This document shows positions 39,675-53,968 of a stretch of 64,000 nt of DNA, piece by piece. A model generated the notes under the pieces. That model did no database searches, was not told the origin of the DNA, and saw nothing but the letters and a program-made list of their open reading frames with translations. This DNA comes from the human T2T-CHM13v2.0 reference genome, Homo sapiens. The DNA lies in NCBI RefSeq assembly GCF_009914755.1, contig NC_060926.1; one strand, 5' to 3'. A program made the position numbers and the translations under genes. The stretch's first letter is position 1. Each line of letters begins with the position of its first letter.

Positions 39675-42639
39675 ACAAATGCATTATGTAATACTAATAA
39701 GCAGGTAAGATTCTATAGGCAAGTTGGTTTTATGCAAACATCATAATTTTCTTTGTTTTCCATCTCTGAAGACAATTTCTCTATTAAGCTCTTGTTTTGC
39801 ATTTTGGTAGCACTTAATATTGGAAATTAGGGTCGGTTTAGTCAAATAGATATTTATTTTGCTCAGGGTTTTATATAAATTGCAGTGACGAATTGGATTT
39901 AGTGGTAAGGGATGCAAATTCCCCAGGAATAGACGTAAGACCGGGAGGGTGTTTTCTGAAGTGTTCATTGCACTGTGGACTGGAGGCACCTATCCACCAT
40001 GCTGCTGGCAGTTGCTGGAGTGTGGGAGTCCTCATCTCATCCCGATCATGCCTTGTTCTCAGCGCCATTGAAAGGGAAAACAGTTTACTTCATTTTTGAT
40101 AAACTGAGGATGCTTTCAGAATGCTGGAGATGAGATCAACCCCGCCACCAAGCATCACTTCTCCTTCACAGTGCTCATAGCTGGCTGGTGGTCATGAGAG
40201 AACGTTGGCCCCTTGCTAGCTTCAGCCTGGTTGATGGGGCTAGGCTGTGGGGCAGAGGGTTGGGACTTGGGGGGATGGGGATGGGGATCGGGAGTGAGTG
40301 GCTTGGTCTCCTGGAGGTGGTTGCACACTCACTGTGCAAGTATTTCTGCAAATCTAGACATTATTAGCCTAGAAAAGCCAAAAATTGACTGCTTATGTTT
40401 CTATGTTTACATTTCTTTAATAACAACTCTACTCTTAAGACAGTAAAAGTCAATTTATAATTTGAATGGAAAGGTTGGCAAGGTCAAAAGACATTATACC
40501 ACTGCATGGATTAATCCTTGAAAATATTATCCAGACAAACATGTAGACACGTCCCAGGAAATGTGTAATCTCAGTAGAAGATTTTCCTATGTGACAACTG
40601 CAAAATCTTGGGATTCCTATAGGCCTAAGATCCAATCTCTAGTCAGCCATTTACTAGCTACTAAAGATTGGGCAAAATATTTCACCTGAGACTTATTTTC
40701 CTTGAAAATATTTGGTGTAGGCTAGCACTGGCACAGAACAGATATTCACTGAAAAGCAGTGATCCATCTCTGTGGTATGATAGGAAATTTGGTGGTATCC
40801 AATCTGTACTTTACAAAGGAAATGTAACAGAAATTAATCATTAAAAACCATTGGCTGACAAGTTCTGTATTGGTGTAAATATATAAACAGGACAATTTAA
40901 AAATCACTGACATGATGTGACATCTGGGGTTTGCTTCACAATGATCCAGGTGCTGAGCTATTACTGAGACTAGAATAGCTGGGAATTATTGATTATTGAA
41001 GCTGGATGGTGGAAACATGGCTTCACTGGCTCTATTTTTGTGTATGTTTGAAAATTTCTATGATAAATGTTTCAAATCCCTGGTCCACATGCCATATTTG
41101 AAGCCAAATAGGCAAGGTGTTTTATATTTATGAGTATGTTGAATAGAATGACTTTCATAAAATATCACTTCTTTGATTCCACTCTCCCCACATGGTCTCT
41201 TCTCACAGGATTTACCTAGCATTTGGAGAACTTAACAAAAAATATAGTTATATTAAAGGTGACCTTGTTAGACAAAATTCAGGGCAACTTTCACTTTAAA
41301 ATACATATTTTTTAAGTCTAATGAATACTACACTTATATATATTGTTATTTTTATTAGATGTCTGTTTATTAGAGAGACGATATATAACTATGTATGAGA
41401 TGTATTAGACATATATATTTACAATAATATATCTGGCATATTTTATTAGAACTTACCTTGAATAGCATTAGAGGCTAGTCATATTATAAGATTCTTTATG
41501 TACATTATCTCATGTCACCCCACCATGCACTTTTGCCACGATAATGGGAATATTCTGATATTCCAGGTAAGAGAACCAAGGAACAGAAGAGCTAAATGAG
41601 TAGCTTGAGGACACTCAGTAAGTAAATGACGTTGTGCCCAGGTCTCTTCAGCCCAAGCTCTCTCCATTCCGATTTGGCCAACACAGCTGTTCATGAGCCA
41701 TTTAGAAGATATCCTTAAGTATAAATCTATGAATGAGATCATCCAATTAGGTCGACGCTGAGAATAACGTCTTAGAATCAGATTTAGGAGCTGTTTGTGA
41801 TGGGGAAGTGTGCTGTCTGGCTGGTCTGAGTGCTGATTTTTAAGCTGCCAGGCCTGGGTGCATCAAGAGTTGCGCTGCCCAGGGGTTAATCGGAGCTCCT
41901 GGCTGTTCTGCATGGAGCGTACGGGTATCCGGGCAAGAGGGGTGGCCCATGCCTAATGGCTCTTGGTACTCAGTGCTCCACAGAGGGTTTCCTGCAAGCC
42001 ACCTAAGCACAAGGGGATTCCTTCAGAGGCAGCTCGACCCTAAATCAAGAGAACAGCAGGCAGGCTTGCTGCTGACCATCTATGGGCAACCTGGCTACCC
42101 TCTGGCAGTCTTAACCCTTGGACTTAGGTCCTCTGCAACTGCATTCATCACTTGTGTTTATGTGTTTGTACAACTGCTTACATTGATTACAGGGTTCATG
42201 TCCCTTCTGTTTAAACTACTTTTTTGGAGGCTGTGGCCCTGTCTCATTAATCTCAGTGTTCCTAGCACCTCACGTTAGGCCTATCAGATGATTGGCGCTC
42301 AGCAAATGTTTGCTGCATGAAGTTGGTGCATGGCACCTTCTGTGTTAAGCTTCTCCAGTCCGCCCAACTACACTGTGTGCAGCCGTGGAGATTCCAGCCC
42401 AAAATGTTAATAACAAACTGCATCAACTATTTTATAAAGTGGTGTAGTGTATCCGGTAAGTCAGAGGAGGGATGGATTGTGTGTGTGTGTGTGTGTGCAG
42501 GTGTGTATGTGCAAGTGTGTGTGCCTGTGTGTGAAACACATTACTTTGCAGTTTGGAAGGCCTGGGTCCTGCTCTGTGGTCCCTAGCTAATCATTTAAGC
42601 TATTCTGGGCCTCAACCTCCTTATGTGCAGTTATTTGTG

Positions 42640-42865
42640 GTGGAGTGATTAAGATTTAAGGCTCTAGGCCTAGAAAGAGAAGTCCAGGTTTGAATCCTGC
42701 TGACACTACTTGGCCCTTGGGCAAGTTACTAAGCCTCCCTCTGCCTCAGTTTCCTCATCTGTGAAAAGTGAATAACAGACTGTCTCCCAGCAGGTTCTTG
42801 TGAGGATTAAAGAAGATAAAAAATACAAAATTCTGAGCCTGATGTCTGACACAGAGTAAGGATTT
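42640..42865 (+). mobile_element. MIR
   Basis: GGTTTGAATCCTG...CCTTGGGCAAGTTACTAAGCCTCCCTCTGCCTCAGTTTCCTCATCTGTGAAA...TTGTGAGGATTAAA. Confidence 0.8.
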
Positions 42866-42948
42866 CCCATTGTTGGGCTTCTCACTACTCTAATCTCAGG
42901 ACATGCTGTGGCACCTGAACAAGATAATATAGGTGTGCATGATGGGTG

Positions 42949-43244
<296 letters not shown>

Positions 43245-44774
43245 TAAAAGGAGTACTACTAAAGGAAAAGGTATTAATATATATGTAAAGAATCTTATTC
43301 CTGGCCTCCATTTTTGCATGATCCTACAGTGCTAGAGAGAGTACAAATATTTTCCATACTAAAAGAGTAAAGTGGTCAATGTAAATTGTCCATCTAGTAA
43401 TGAGTAATAGAGTATTCCAGTGATTTAAGGAAAAAACCAAATTCTTGGTTATATTTTTACCTTCACCCCCTTTTAAACAATGTCTTTTATGTGGTATGGA
43501 CTTAAGTCTCTTTCCCCCAGGAGTCCTCAGTCCTTTCGTTTTTCCTCCATCAGCATTCAGAGAATTCCCACTTGAGTCGCAGGGAACAATCACGTCAGCT
43601 AGGGAATGTAGAAATGTAAAACAACAATTTAGGAGGCGAAAGGGAGTATCAAGTTAGCGAAACTGCAAGGGAAACTGGGGGCAGCAGAGCGACGTGCCAG
43701 CGTCCGTGTTGGGCGGGTGTCGGGGGGACCCGGACACCCCGCCCTCCTTCCTGCAGAGCTCTGCGGGCCCTGTGGCATCCATGGAGACCCTGGCTCCGGT
43801 TTCACAGGAAGGGAAGGTGTGTGTCACAGTCCCTAATGGATCAGCTACCAATCATTAGCCAAGTCCTTCTCTTACTTTTCTCCTCGGAGAGAACCAAGCT
43901 TAGACAATAGCATGGCTTTCGAGGTGGGAAGGACCTCATGAAGGAGACGGAAAAGAGTGACTGCAGATCTTACATGTAGGATCTGGCGGAGCTCAGCTTA
44001 AAGCCGTTGCCACCCAGCCATGGGCATTTTCTCCACATTTTGCAGGCATCCTACAACTGAAAACTGGGTCGCAGGCATTTGAATTGGCCCAGAGGACCCC
44101 TGCACCGCCTAAGCCCTCCTGGCTTTGTCATGGTTTTCAGAATTAGAGGGGAAGCATGCATAAGAAAGCAGAGGGCGTGGGCAGGAGCTGGGGCTGCCTC
44201 CTTCCCAAACACTGACGGCTCCTGTTGACACAGACTTGAAAATTCTGAGCGCTCATGGACATATTAGCATACTACAAATATCTAAAGGGGCTGTGAAATA
44301 TCACTGAGAAGGTCTGTACATTGATTTTCTATATCTTTCATTGCAAATTAGAAGCAAAGGGAAAAAACTTTGGCCACTCCAAAGACCAACTCCAATACCG
44401 TTTCTGAGGCCTTAGAAAATAAATTTAACCCTTCCGGCCCCTCACTCGTTATTTTCACTGTTATAATGGGAATAATGGCAGCATGTTTTGTGATTCATAT
44501 AGAAAAATATATGCTAATTGCTCTAAATCTTTAAATATATTCACAAATAACATATTCCTTATAGCTAAAGGTCTAATAAAATTTGCATTACTCTGTTCTC
44601 CTTGTAGAAGTGTTGCTTATTAATTGCAGTACATTGAGAAAACATCAACAAGCATACAGAAAAAATGAAAATCACATGTAATTCTTCAATCCAGAGTTAA
44701 GCATTGTAAATACATTGTTTATCCCCCTTAAAGTATTAAAGTGAATTTGATGTTAGATAGTACTGGTTATTTTT

Positions 44775-44955
44775 CATTATTTTATTTTATTTTTAATTTG
44801 ACATTTATTTTGAGTTCAGGGGTTCATGTGCACGTTTGTTATATAGGTAAGCTTGTGTCATGGGGGCTTGTACAGATTATTTTATTATCCAGGTATTAAG
44901 CCTAGTACCCTTTTGTTATTTTTCCTGATCCTCTCCTTCCTCCCAACCTCTACCC
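44775..44955 (-). mobile_element. L1PA (older subfamily) 3' end
   Basis: TTCAGGGGTTCATGTGCACGTTTGTTATATAGGTAAGCTTGTGTCATGGGGG...TATTAAGCCTAGTACCC. Confidence 0.8.
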
Positions 44956-44989
44956 TTTTTATTATTTTAAATTCATGGCATTTACAGTT

Positions 44990-45230
44990 GCCTTAGAACT
45001 TTCCATGTGCCAGGCAGTGTTCTAAGTACTTTTCATAGAGTAAGTCATGTCATACTCACTACAACCCTATGAGGTAAGCACTGCTGTTACCATGGCATGA
45101 ATAAACTGAGGCACAGAAACTGTAAGTAGCTCATCCAAGATTACTAAGCCAGTGGGTAAAGAGGAGAGATTCAAAACCAGGCATTCTGGAACCAGAATAT
45201 GTGCTAGGAATCATTAGGCTAGTAACCATT
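44990..45230 (-). mobile_element. MIR
   Basis: TGTGCCAGGCAGTGTTCTAAGTACTTT...ACAACCCTATGAGGTAAG...AAACTGAGGCACAGA. Confidence 0.8.
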
Positions 45231-48200
45231 TGGCTTCATTTCTTGGAAGAGGAGGTGGTAAGTTTCTCTTGTATAAATGTTTTTATTAAAGGGAAATTGC
45301 AAATTTGATAATGAGTGTCTATCAACATTTAGATGTTCTCATTGGGCAGGCACTGTACTGAATATTTCACATACACACAATATGGTGCATAAAATACGTG
45401 GTTCGGTAAGTATTGATTGAGCTGCATTCAAGTTAAATTAAACCTCTCACCCAGGAAAGACCCACAACACACTGAAAGGTCTTCCTCGTGTACAACCAAT
45501 TCTCCTTTCTGCAGGCCCAATGTATGCTTTTTGTGCTCTATTTTGTCTTGCCTGATAGTTTTATCTTCCATTAACTCTCTCTCCTCTGAATTCTTAGCAT
45601 ATACTACAGACACTGCTTCACTCACAATTTAAAATTTACTTTTTATTTTATTTAAGTGTATGCACATAGTTTAAAAGGGAAGTAAATCTAAACTTTCATA
45701 GCAGCATCCCTCAGGGCCCCATTTGTCACTGTAATATTCTGCACAGTCTGTGAAAACGGCATCCCCTTCAGAATCATGAATCGAACATGGTCATGTCCCT
45801 TCATCTCTTTTCATCTAGAATGGTTCTTCTCAGGCCACTGATTTGTGGAAGAGAGCAGGTCAGCAGTCCTGTAGAATGTTCCAGGTCAGTGTTGCTTACC
45901 TTGTTCCTTTGTCCCCCGTATATCCTACAGACTGTAACACCTATAAACTGAAATTGACTTAACTAAAAGCTTGACTAGATTCAAGTTCACCATCTTAGGA
46001 AAAAATAAACTATACATTGTAATTTTATTCTTTTGCAAGTGACTTATTTTTAAGTCTCTTTACATTAATAATTGTATAAAATGTCCCTTATAAAATTGCA
46101 TGTGGCCTCAAAACACCATCATATTTATCCTTTTTATAATCTATGCTGCGTAGCAGATGTGAATATTGTCCTCAGCATTATTTATTAAATCAATGAATGG
46201 ATGATGGATGGACAAAGAATAGTGAGATGATTGATTTTTTTTAGGGAAAATAGTGTAATTGGTGCATCTAAGCACTCTTTCCTCCCAATATTAGATTATA
46301 ACCAGCAGTATAATTTGCTTTCAGCTCATTTGAAATGGCATTTAAGAGAATCAGTGATTTGCAAGGTGTCTGCAGAATCTATTAGCCTATCCCTGGGCCA
46401 TGTTATAGATTAATACTTATCAACTATTGAAAACTTACCATGTCTTTGGATATTTACAGATAAGCTTTCACATGCCCTTTGGAGAGTCACATCCTATTCT
46501 GAGAACCCCCATTGTCTGAGCCAGCCCATGGGGAGCACAGGCTTCAGGTTCTAAGCTCGGTGGTCTGGGAAGTCCCGGGAAGAGAAGAACTGAGCCACGG
46601 TCCCAGGAAGAGAAAAACAGATAGTGGCCAGGCTCCATGTGTGCCCGCCCTGCTCTCCTCATCTCCCATGGATCCATGTTCCTGATCCTCACAGCTCTAG
46701 TCGTATTCTCCACTTTCTGCAGATGGGATTTAAACCCAGGTCTTCTGGGTCCAGCGTTCCTGCTCTTAATCATCCAGGCCTAAGGACACGGGTTGAAAGT
46801 CATTCACTGCTGCCTCTGGAGGTTGAGTTGTTTTAAAGTGCTGCGATCTACTAAGTCTTCAGAAATTAGTTGATCCAACCGTAATCTTCTGAGCACATGA
46901 GCTTTCTTTTCTTGAAGACTCATTACACTTTCCTTCAGCTTGTTCTCGGCAGGATGAGTGACTGCCCGTCCTGGAGGCCTCCTCAGAAGCCTCATACCTG
47001 GCTCTCCGATGGAGCCCACGGTTCTTCTGTACTTCCTCCCTATGGTTCCTGGGCCTGGAGTGTGGGCTGGACAGGGCAAGGCCTGGATTGTGTTCATTAA
47101 ACAAGAAGATAAGCTCATGGTTACCACAGGGATGTTCTGTTTGTGCCCCTGCTAGGGTTTTGCTTGGCTTTGGAAGCCTTTCATGTGCCCCGAATGCTAT
47201 AAACCCTTGCAATAAATGTGAAGTGTATATAGTTTCTGCTACTTATGGGAGGCATTGAGGGAGTTAAGCACAGTGGCTTTTGTGTCTGCAGATTTGAGCT
47301 GAAATTCCAGTTCTGCAGCATAGGGCTTAACAGGTTCACTCCCCTTCCCCATCCTCTCATCCCCCAGGGCTTTACTCTCTCTTCCTTCCACCTGGATAGA
47401 TGCCCTTCTCATCTTCACACAGCAGAACACTGCTTGTTCTGAGAGCTCGCCCTGCTGATTCTTCTTCCATGAGTCAGAAAGCCCACTTCACTTATAGGAT
47501 GAGAACATGGATTTAAAATCAGACAAATCTGGGTTCATACCGTCCTTTTGCTAGCTAGACAATGATTGGAGTTTGTCAGTTTCCTTGAGAAAAAAAGGGA
47601 TAATGATATTCCTACCTTTTAAGGTAATGGCAGACATTAGGAAAATATAAACATAAAATTATTAGTAGAGATTTGATGAGTAGCCAGTGCTCAGTAATAA
47701 CTAGGCAATTCTTGATTGTGTCTGAATGAGTTTGTGAGTGCATATGAGAGTGTGTGTATGTGAGTGTTATGCGTGCTCACACATGTGTCTGGTAAAGGGC
47801 AGATATTCATATAGCTGCTCAGGTTGGTGGAAATAATTTCTTTTTACTTTTATTCTATTGTTCCTCCCAGGACTGAGTTTCTGGCCTGTCTCACTTTTGA
47901 CGTCTAATATTGCGTTGGTTAAGAGTGCCTTCTCTCTCCCCCACTCTACAGATATTCAGAAGTAACTGTGAAGTAATTGTGGATGGGATCCATGTCTACT
48001 TGGTATGTTTGTCTCCTGAGCATCTGTTGCCAGTGTAATTTCATGACAATCATCAATATGTATTGAATAAAACAATGGATATGTGAGTGGCTGCAGTATC
48101 CCCAAGTCATTTTGAACTGTGATTTTTACATGCCAGGGCCATCATCAGAAAATATTTATGTGTTACTTACCTAAGTCAGCACAATGCAGGCCAGTGAATG

Positions 48201-48717
48201 CTCAAAGAAACTGGAAATTCAGGTCCTGCCCTCTAGCTCACCTCTTAAGGGGTTGGCCTGCCCAAACTCTGTTATCACTGGAAAGATTAATCAGTCAGGA
48301 TGCAGCTCCCTTACGAAGGTTGATGGAAGAGCAGAGCCTTGTGAACCCAACACCATCTAACAAACAGAATCTGCTGTTGATTTCACTATGCTCCACTGAT
48401 GATCTTTCCTAAGAACCATCCTCTAGTCAGTTACAGATGCAATGGGTGGTAACAGCTCCCAGCTGCGTGGGGCCAGATCACACCCCAATGGCTAAGGAGA
48501 AGGTTTCAAAGCTTTCTTTCACCTCTGCCCAGTGGCTTGTCCATCAGTACCAGGACTTTAAATTCATCAGTCGTAATGAAATCACATTTTTTAAAATAAC
48601 ACAGAATGAGTTTCTTAGAAAATTAAACTGAATTAGTGCCAGGTTTTTGTATTTTGTCCTTGTTTACTGAGCATAGCATTAAATATACAAGCTGATCTCT
48701 CAAGCTAATCTTCCTCT

Positions 48718-48930
48718 TTATCCACAGAAACAGAAAGTAGATTAGCAGTTGCCAGGGACAGAGATAGGGAGGGACTGCTAATGGGTTCAGGGCTTCTTTT
48801 GGGGTATTAACATATTCTAAAGCATTCTAAAACTGTTCCTGTGCCCTATATTTACTGAAATATACTGAGAACCACTGACTTGTATGCTTTAAAAGGGTGA
48901 ATGTTATGGTCTGAATTATATCGCAATATC
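48718..48930 (+). mobile_element. Old L1M 3' end
   Basis: ACAGAAAGTAGATTAGCAGTTGCCAGGG...CTTTAAAAGGGTGAATGTTATGGTCTGAATTATATC. Confidence 0.7.
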
Positions 48931-49016
48931 ATTTTTACTTAAAAATAACAATCATGGAACCATGTTTCCATTTCCTGGTTCCCTGTTTCCTCCTCCCCTA
49001 GGAGGTGTAAGTCTGA

Positions 49017-49403
<387 letters not shown>

Positions 49404-50441
49404 AGGAATGATGCTTTCTAAACAATTCCACGTGCACGGCAACAGCAGGAAGTGCCCGTTTGTGACATTTCCCTGGGCCAGATAAAGAAAGCATCTGCTT
49501 GTGTTGTGTTGTGCCTGTCTCCATTAGAAGGTGTAGCCATAGGACAAAGTACAGGATGTTTGTCATTTCAATCTCAAGCACACCTTGAAACTTGAGATGA
49601 AAGTTTGTTGAAAACAGACAACTTACTCATTAAAGCCAGGAAACGCCTTTTTCTCCCAGAGTCACATGCTCTGTCTTGGAGAGTTGGCCTAAAATTACTT
49701 AGTGACACTGGCTACTTTTGTTTAAATGCTAAAAATTGTTTACTGAAGATTCACTTGAAGGGTCAAGGGATTAGCAAGACAAATATAGTTAGAAAAATAC
49801 CTACTCTGTGCTTTTGGATGCAGGGTGCTTTCTGAGAAGTCCCAGAAAGGAAAATTCTATTCTCAGAGGCCAGTGAACTTTAGGAGAAATCAGGCTAGTC
49901 ACTGGGGCTTCTCTCCCTCGTTTCTATGAAAGATGCAGTCATGGTCCTGAAATAATGCACCCTGTTTCCTTGAGAAACTTTTGCAGAATGAGCATAAAGG
50001 TAGATCCAGCATCCCCTTGGGTCTGTTTATGGGAAAAATCCTGTTTTTCTGGCTTCCTCCAGTGTCCATGTCTAGCTCAGTACTGTGGGACATGGGAGAA
50101 AAGCTGAGGATGAGGATCCCTCCCTGAAGGTGTTTACAATCTTAGAAGGGAGATAACATTGAGTTGAAGATCAGAAGAACTCAAAACAATAGGTGGATTT
50201 AACAATTATTTTTTCTTTTGCATACCTACCTGTAGCCCCTGTGTAGGGCACACATGTCCTGGCTGTTCCAGCCCTTGGAGGGTGCACGGAGAAGTGGGGC
50301 AGGAATCACAAAATGAAACAACTCCATGTTCTGTGAGCCTGGGCGTAGCAGAATTAAACATGATGATCTGAGTCACGAGGAGGGAGGACGTGGGGATGCC
50401 CAGGTAGGATGAGTATAGCACCTGAAAGAATAAAAGGTAGA

Positions 50442-51865
50442 CTGACTTCAAATTATGCTACTAGGCTACAATAACCCAAACAGCATGTTACTTGTACCAA
50501 AACAGATATATAGACCAATGGAACAGAACAGAGGCATCGGAAATAATGCCACACATCTACAACCATCTCATCTTGGACAAACCTGACAAAAACAAGCAAT
50601 GCAGAAAGGATTCCCTATTTAATAAATGGTGTTGGGAGAACTGGCTAGCCATATGCAGAAAACGGAAACTGGACCCCTTCCTTACACCTTATACAAAAAT
50701 TAACTCAGGATGGATTAAAGACTTAAGCATAAGACCTAAAACCATAAAAACCCTAGAAGAAAACCTAGGCAATACCATTCAGGACATAGGCATGGGCAAA
50801 GACTTCATGACTAAAACACCAAAAGCAATGGCAACAAAAGCCAAAATTGACCAATGAGATCCAAGTAAACTAAAGAGCTTCTGCAGAGCAAAAGAAACTA
50901 TCATCAGGGTGAACAGGCAACCTACAGAATGGTAGAAAATTTTTGCCATCTTTCCCTCTGACAAAGGGCTAATATCCAGAATCTACAAGGAACTTAAACA
51001 AATTTACAAGAAAAAAACAAACAACCCCATCAAAAAGTGGACAAAGGATATGAACAGACACTTCTCAAAAGAAGACATTTATGTGGCCAACAAACGTGAA
51101 AAAAAGCTCATCATCACTGGTCATTAGAGAAATGCAAATCAAAACCACAATGAGACACCATCTCTAACCTCCAACCTTGTTAAAATGGCAATCATTAAAA
51201 AGTCAGGAAACGACAGTTGCTGGAGAGGATGTGGAGAAATAGGAATGCTTTTACACTGTTGGTGGGAGTGTAAATTAGTTCAACCATTGTGGAAGACAAT
51301 GTGACAATTCCTCAAGGATCTAGAACCAGAAATACCATTTGACCCAGCAATCCCATTACTGGGTATATAGCCAAAGGATTATAAGTCATTCTACTATGAA
51401 GATACATGCACACGTATGTTTATTGTACCACTATTCACAATAGTAAGGACTTGAAACCAACCCAAATGCCCATCAATGATAGACTGGATAAAGAAAATGT
51501 GGCACATATATACCATGGAATACTATGCAGCCATAAAAAAAGGATGAGTTCATGTCCTTTGCAGGGGCACGGATGAAACTAGAAACTATCATTCTCAGCA
51601 AACGAACACAGGAGCAGAAAACCAAACACTGCATGATCTCACTCATAAGTGGGAGTTGAACAATGAGAACACATGGACACAGGGAGGGAAACATCACACA
51701 CGGGGGCCTGTTGCGGGGTGGGGGGGCTAGGGGAGGGATAGCATTAGAAATACCTAATGTAGATGACGGGTTGATGGGTGCAACAAACCACCGTGGCACA
51801 TGTATACCCATGTAACAAACCTGCATGTTCTGCACACATATCCCAGAACTTAAAATATAATAAAA
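50442..51865 (+). mobile_element. 5'-truncated L1PA (about L1PA7) with TSD
   Basis: ORF2 C-terminal remnant ([12 protein letters not shown]...[14 protein letters not shown]) with stops; primate L1 3'UTR; TSD of ~17 bp (AAAGAATAAAAGGTAGA) at ~50425-50441 and 51866-51882. Confidence 0.95.
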
Positions 51866-51883
51866 AAAGAATAAAAGGTAGAA

Positions 51884-52326
51884 TTTATGGGCTTCAGTAC
51901 GTCCCCCTTAAAAGATAAGTTCTTACTCTCAGTGAATGTGGCCTTATCTGAAAACAGGGGCTTTGAAGTGATCAAGTTAACATGAGGTCATTAAGTTTTA
52001 TCCCCTAAACCAATATGACTGGTGTCTTTATGGAAAGAGGAAATCTGGACACAGACACACGCACAGGGAGGACGCCATGTGAAGGTGACGGCAGAGACCG
52101 GAATGGTCCTTGCACACACCAAAGACCACCAAAGGTTGCCGGCAAACCACCAGAAGGTGGAAGAGAGGCTGGGAACAGAGTCCCTCTCACAGCCTCAGAA
52201 GGAATCAACACTGCTGACCCCTCGATCTCAGACTTCCAGCCTCCAGAATTGCTAGACAACACTTTTCTGTTGTTTAAGCCCCTAGGTCTATGCTACTGTG
52301 ATGTGGAATCCTAGCAAACTGATACA
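51884..52326 (+). mobile_element. MLT1B/C-like MaLR solo LTR
   Basis: GTGAATGTGGCCTTATCTGAAAAC...TCTCAGACTTCCAGCCTCCAGAA...TGTTGTTTAAGCC...CTAGCAAACTGATACA. Confidence 0.85.
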
Positions 52327-53928
52327 GGGAGGCTTGGATTCTGTCCAGGGAAGACGTCCAGAAGGATGAGAGGGGCTTCCTTGACTTCTCCACTTACAGA
52401 GCCTTCTCCACTTACAGAGGGGCTTCCTTGACCCCAAGCATGGGAAGTGCAGGTGCATGAGGGGCCAGACAGGCTTTGTGAATGTCACTGGCTCAGCAGA
52501 GCTCAGACAGAGGAGAGCAGCAGCTAGGTCCGGAAGGATGGCCAGAAGTGACAGCACATTCTGAGTCGAATGGGTCTGGGAGGCAATGGGGGGCCTGCGT
52601 CGGTTTGTAAGCAGGGACTAGAGAAAGTGAAGGGGAAAGCTGGATATTTCATCCGGCAAGGATGGAGAACCCTCTGCAAGCTCTTAGAGCAGCCACGAAT
52701 GTGGAGGGCAGGTGTGGGGACTTGTAATGTCCAAGAATGTGGCGGGCAGGTGTGGGGCAGGTGTGAGTGCTGTAAGCCCAGGAAACAAGCCGTTCCACAT
52801 CAATGCTGCTTGTGTAATAATCCAAGTGATTTTATCTGGACCTCCCCACTCCCACTCCCAGCTCGAGGCACCTGGCCTGCCCCTGGGCCCTCACAGTGCC
52901 CTGCCACGGGCTTGGGGACGCAGCTGTGTCTGTTCTTTCTGCCAGCCATGGGAGTGTCGGGTGGGAGAAGGACCCTGCTGCCACTTGACCCTTACAAAGT
53001 CCAGTGTGGCCTGGTGTGCAGGTCCCAGGCTCTGGGACTCACTGTTCCCTGTTAGCCAGGGTCTGGCTGGAGGTGATCCAGCCCAGGTGTGACTGGGAAT
53101 CTGTGGCATCTGCCCTGGAAGTGTCCTTTGTCATGACGGCCTGCACCCCTAGCAGTCCTGGGTGGCTCCATCACTGTGCTGCTGGCGTGGCTTTTCCTCA
53201 GGAAGAACAACTGGATGCATGTCGATGCAGTGACATGTATCAGACGCGGCAGTAGCCCTTATCTAGATGTTCCTTTCATTGCAGTCACTTGGCCCAGTTG
53301 TAAATACACCCCCAAAACTGCCAACACCAGTTTGTAGGTGAACAAGAGAGGGCAGATGAGGAAACTGAGCACTCAGTACCTAAAAGGAGCATTCACCAAG
53401 TTCCTCAGTGCTCCCACCAAGCGACTGGGAAAGGAAGTGCCCGGGAGCCCGTTGGACTGAAAACCTAGAGGTGTTTGTCTTACGGCAGTGGATTCTTCTC
53501 CTCCTTTCTGTTTAGTGTTAGTTTTTTTTTAAACCGTTTGTTTGTTTTTTTTTTGTTTGTTTGTTTGTTTTTTGCTTTTCCGTGTGCAAGTCTTAGAGTA
53601 TTTTGTAACTGGGGTGAATATTTTAGATATTGATGCTGGGAAAAGACAGGCGGTTGTCCTCGGAAATTGGAACAGCTGAAATATTATTATCAAGTCAATG
53701 TGCTCCCTTCCTGGGTGTGGCGATAGTCACAGTGGGCCCTCCACTTTCTTCATGAAAATCCAGGCCTATGACTCAGGAGGTAGGAGACTCTCTGGAGAGA
53801 GGAACTACACTAAATCAGGGTTCTCCGAGGGCTTCCCTGCGACAACTAGAGTGCTCATTTTCTTCAAAGATTTTAGGGCAAAATGTAGACTGCTTAGCAT
53901 GGATCCTTTGAATTTCTGGCATGGTCAC

Positions 53929-53933
53929 GTGTG

Positions 53934-53966
<33 letters not shown>
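53929..53966. repeat. (TG)n microsatellite; (TTTG)n at 53521-53575
   Basis: Direct reading. Confidence 0.9.

Positions 53967-53968
<2 letters not shown>

Noticed and set aside
50492-50857. 121-aa ORF with L1 ORF2 similarity
   Set aside because: Remnant of a truncated L1 with stop codons; not a gene
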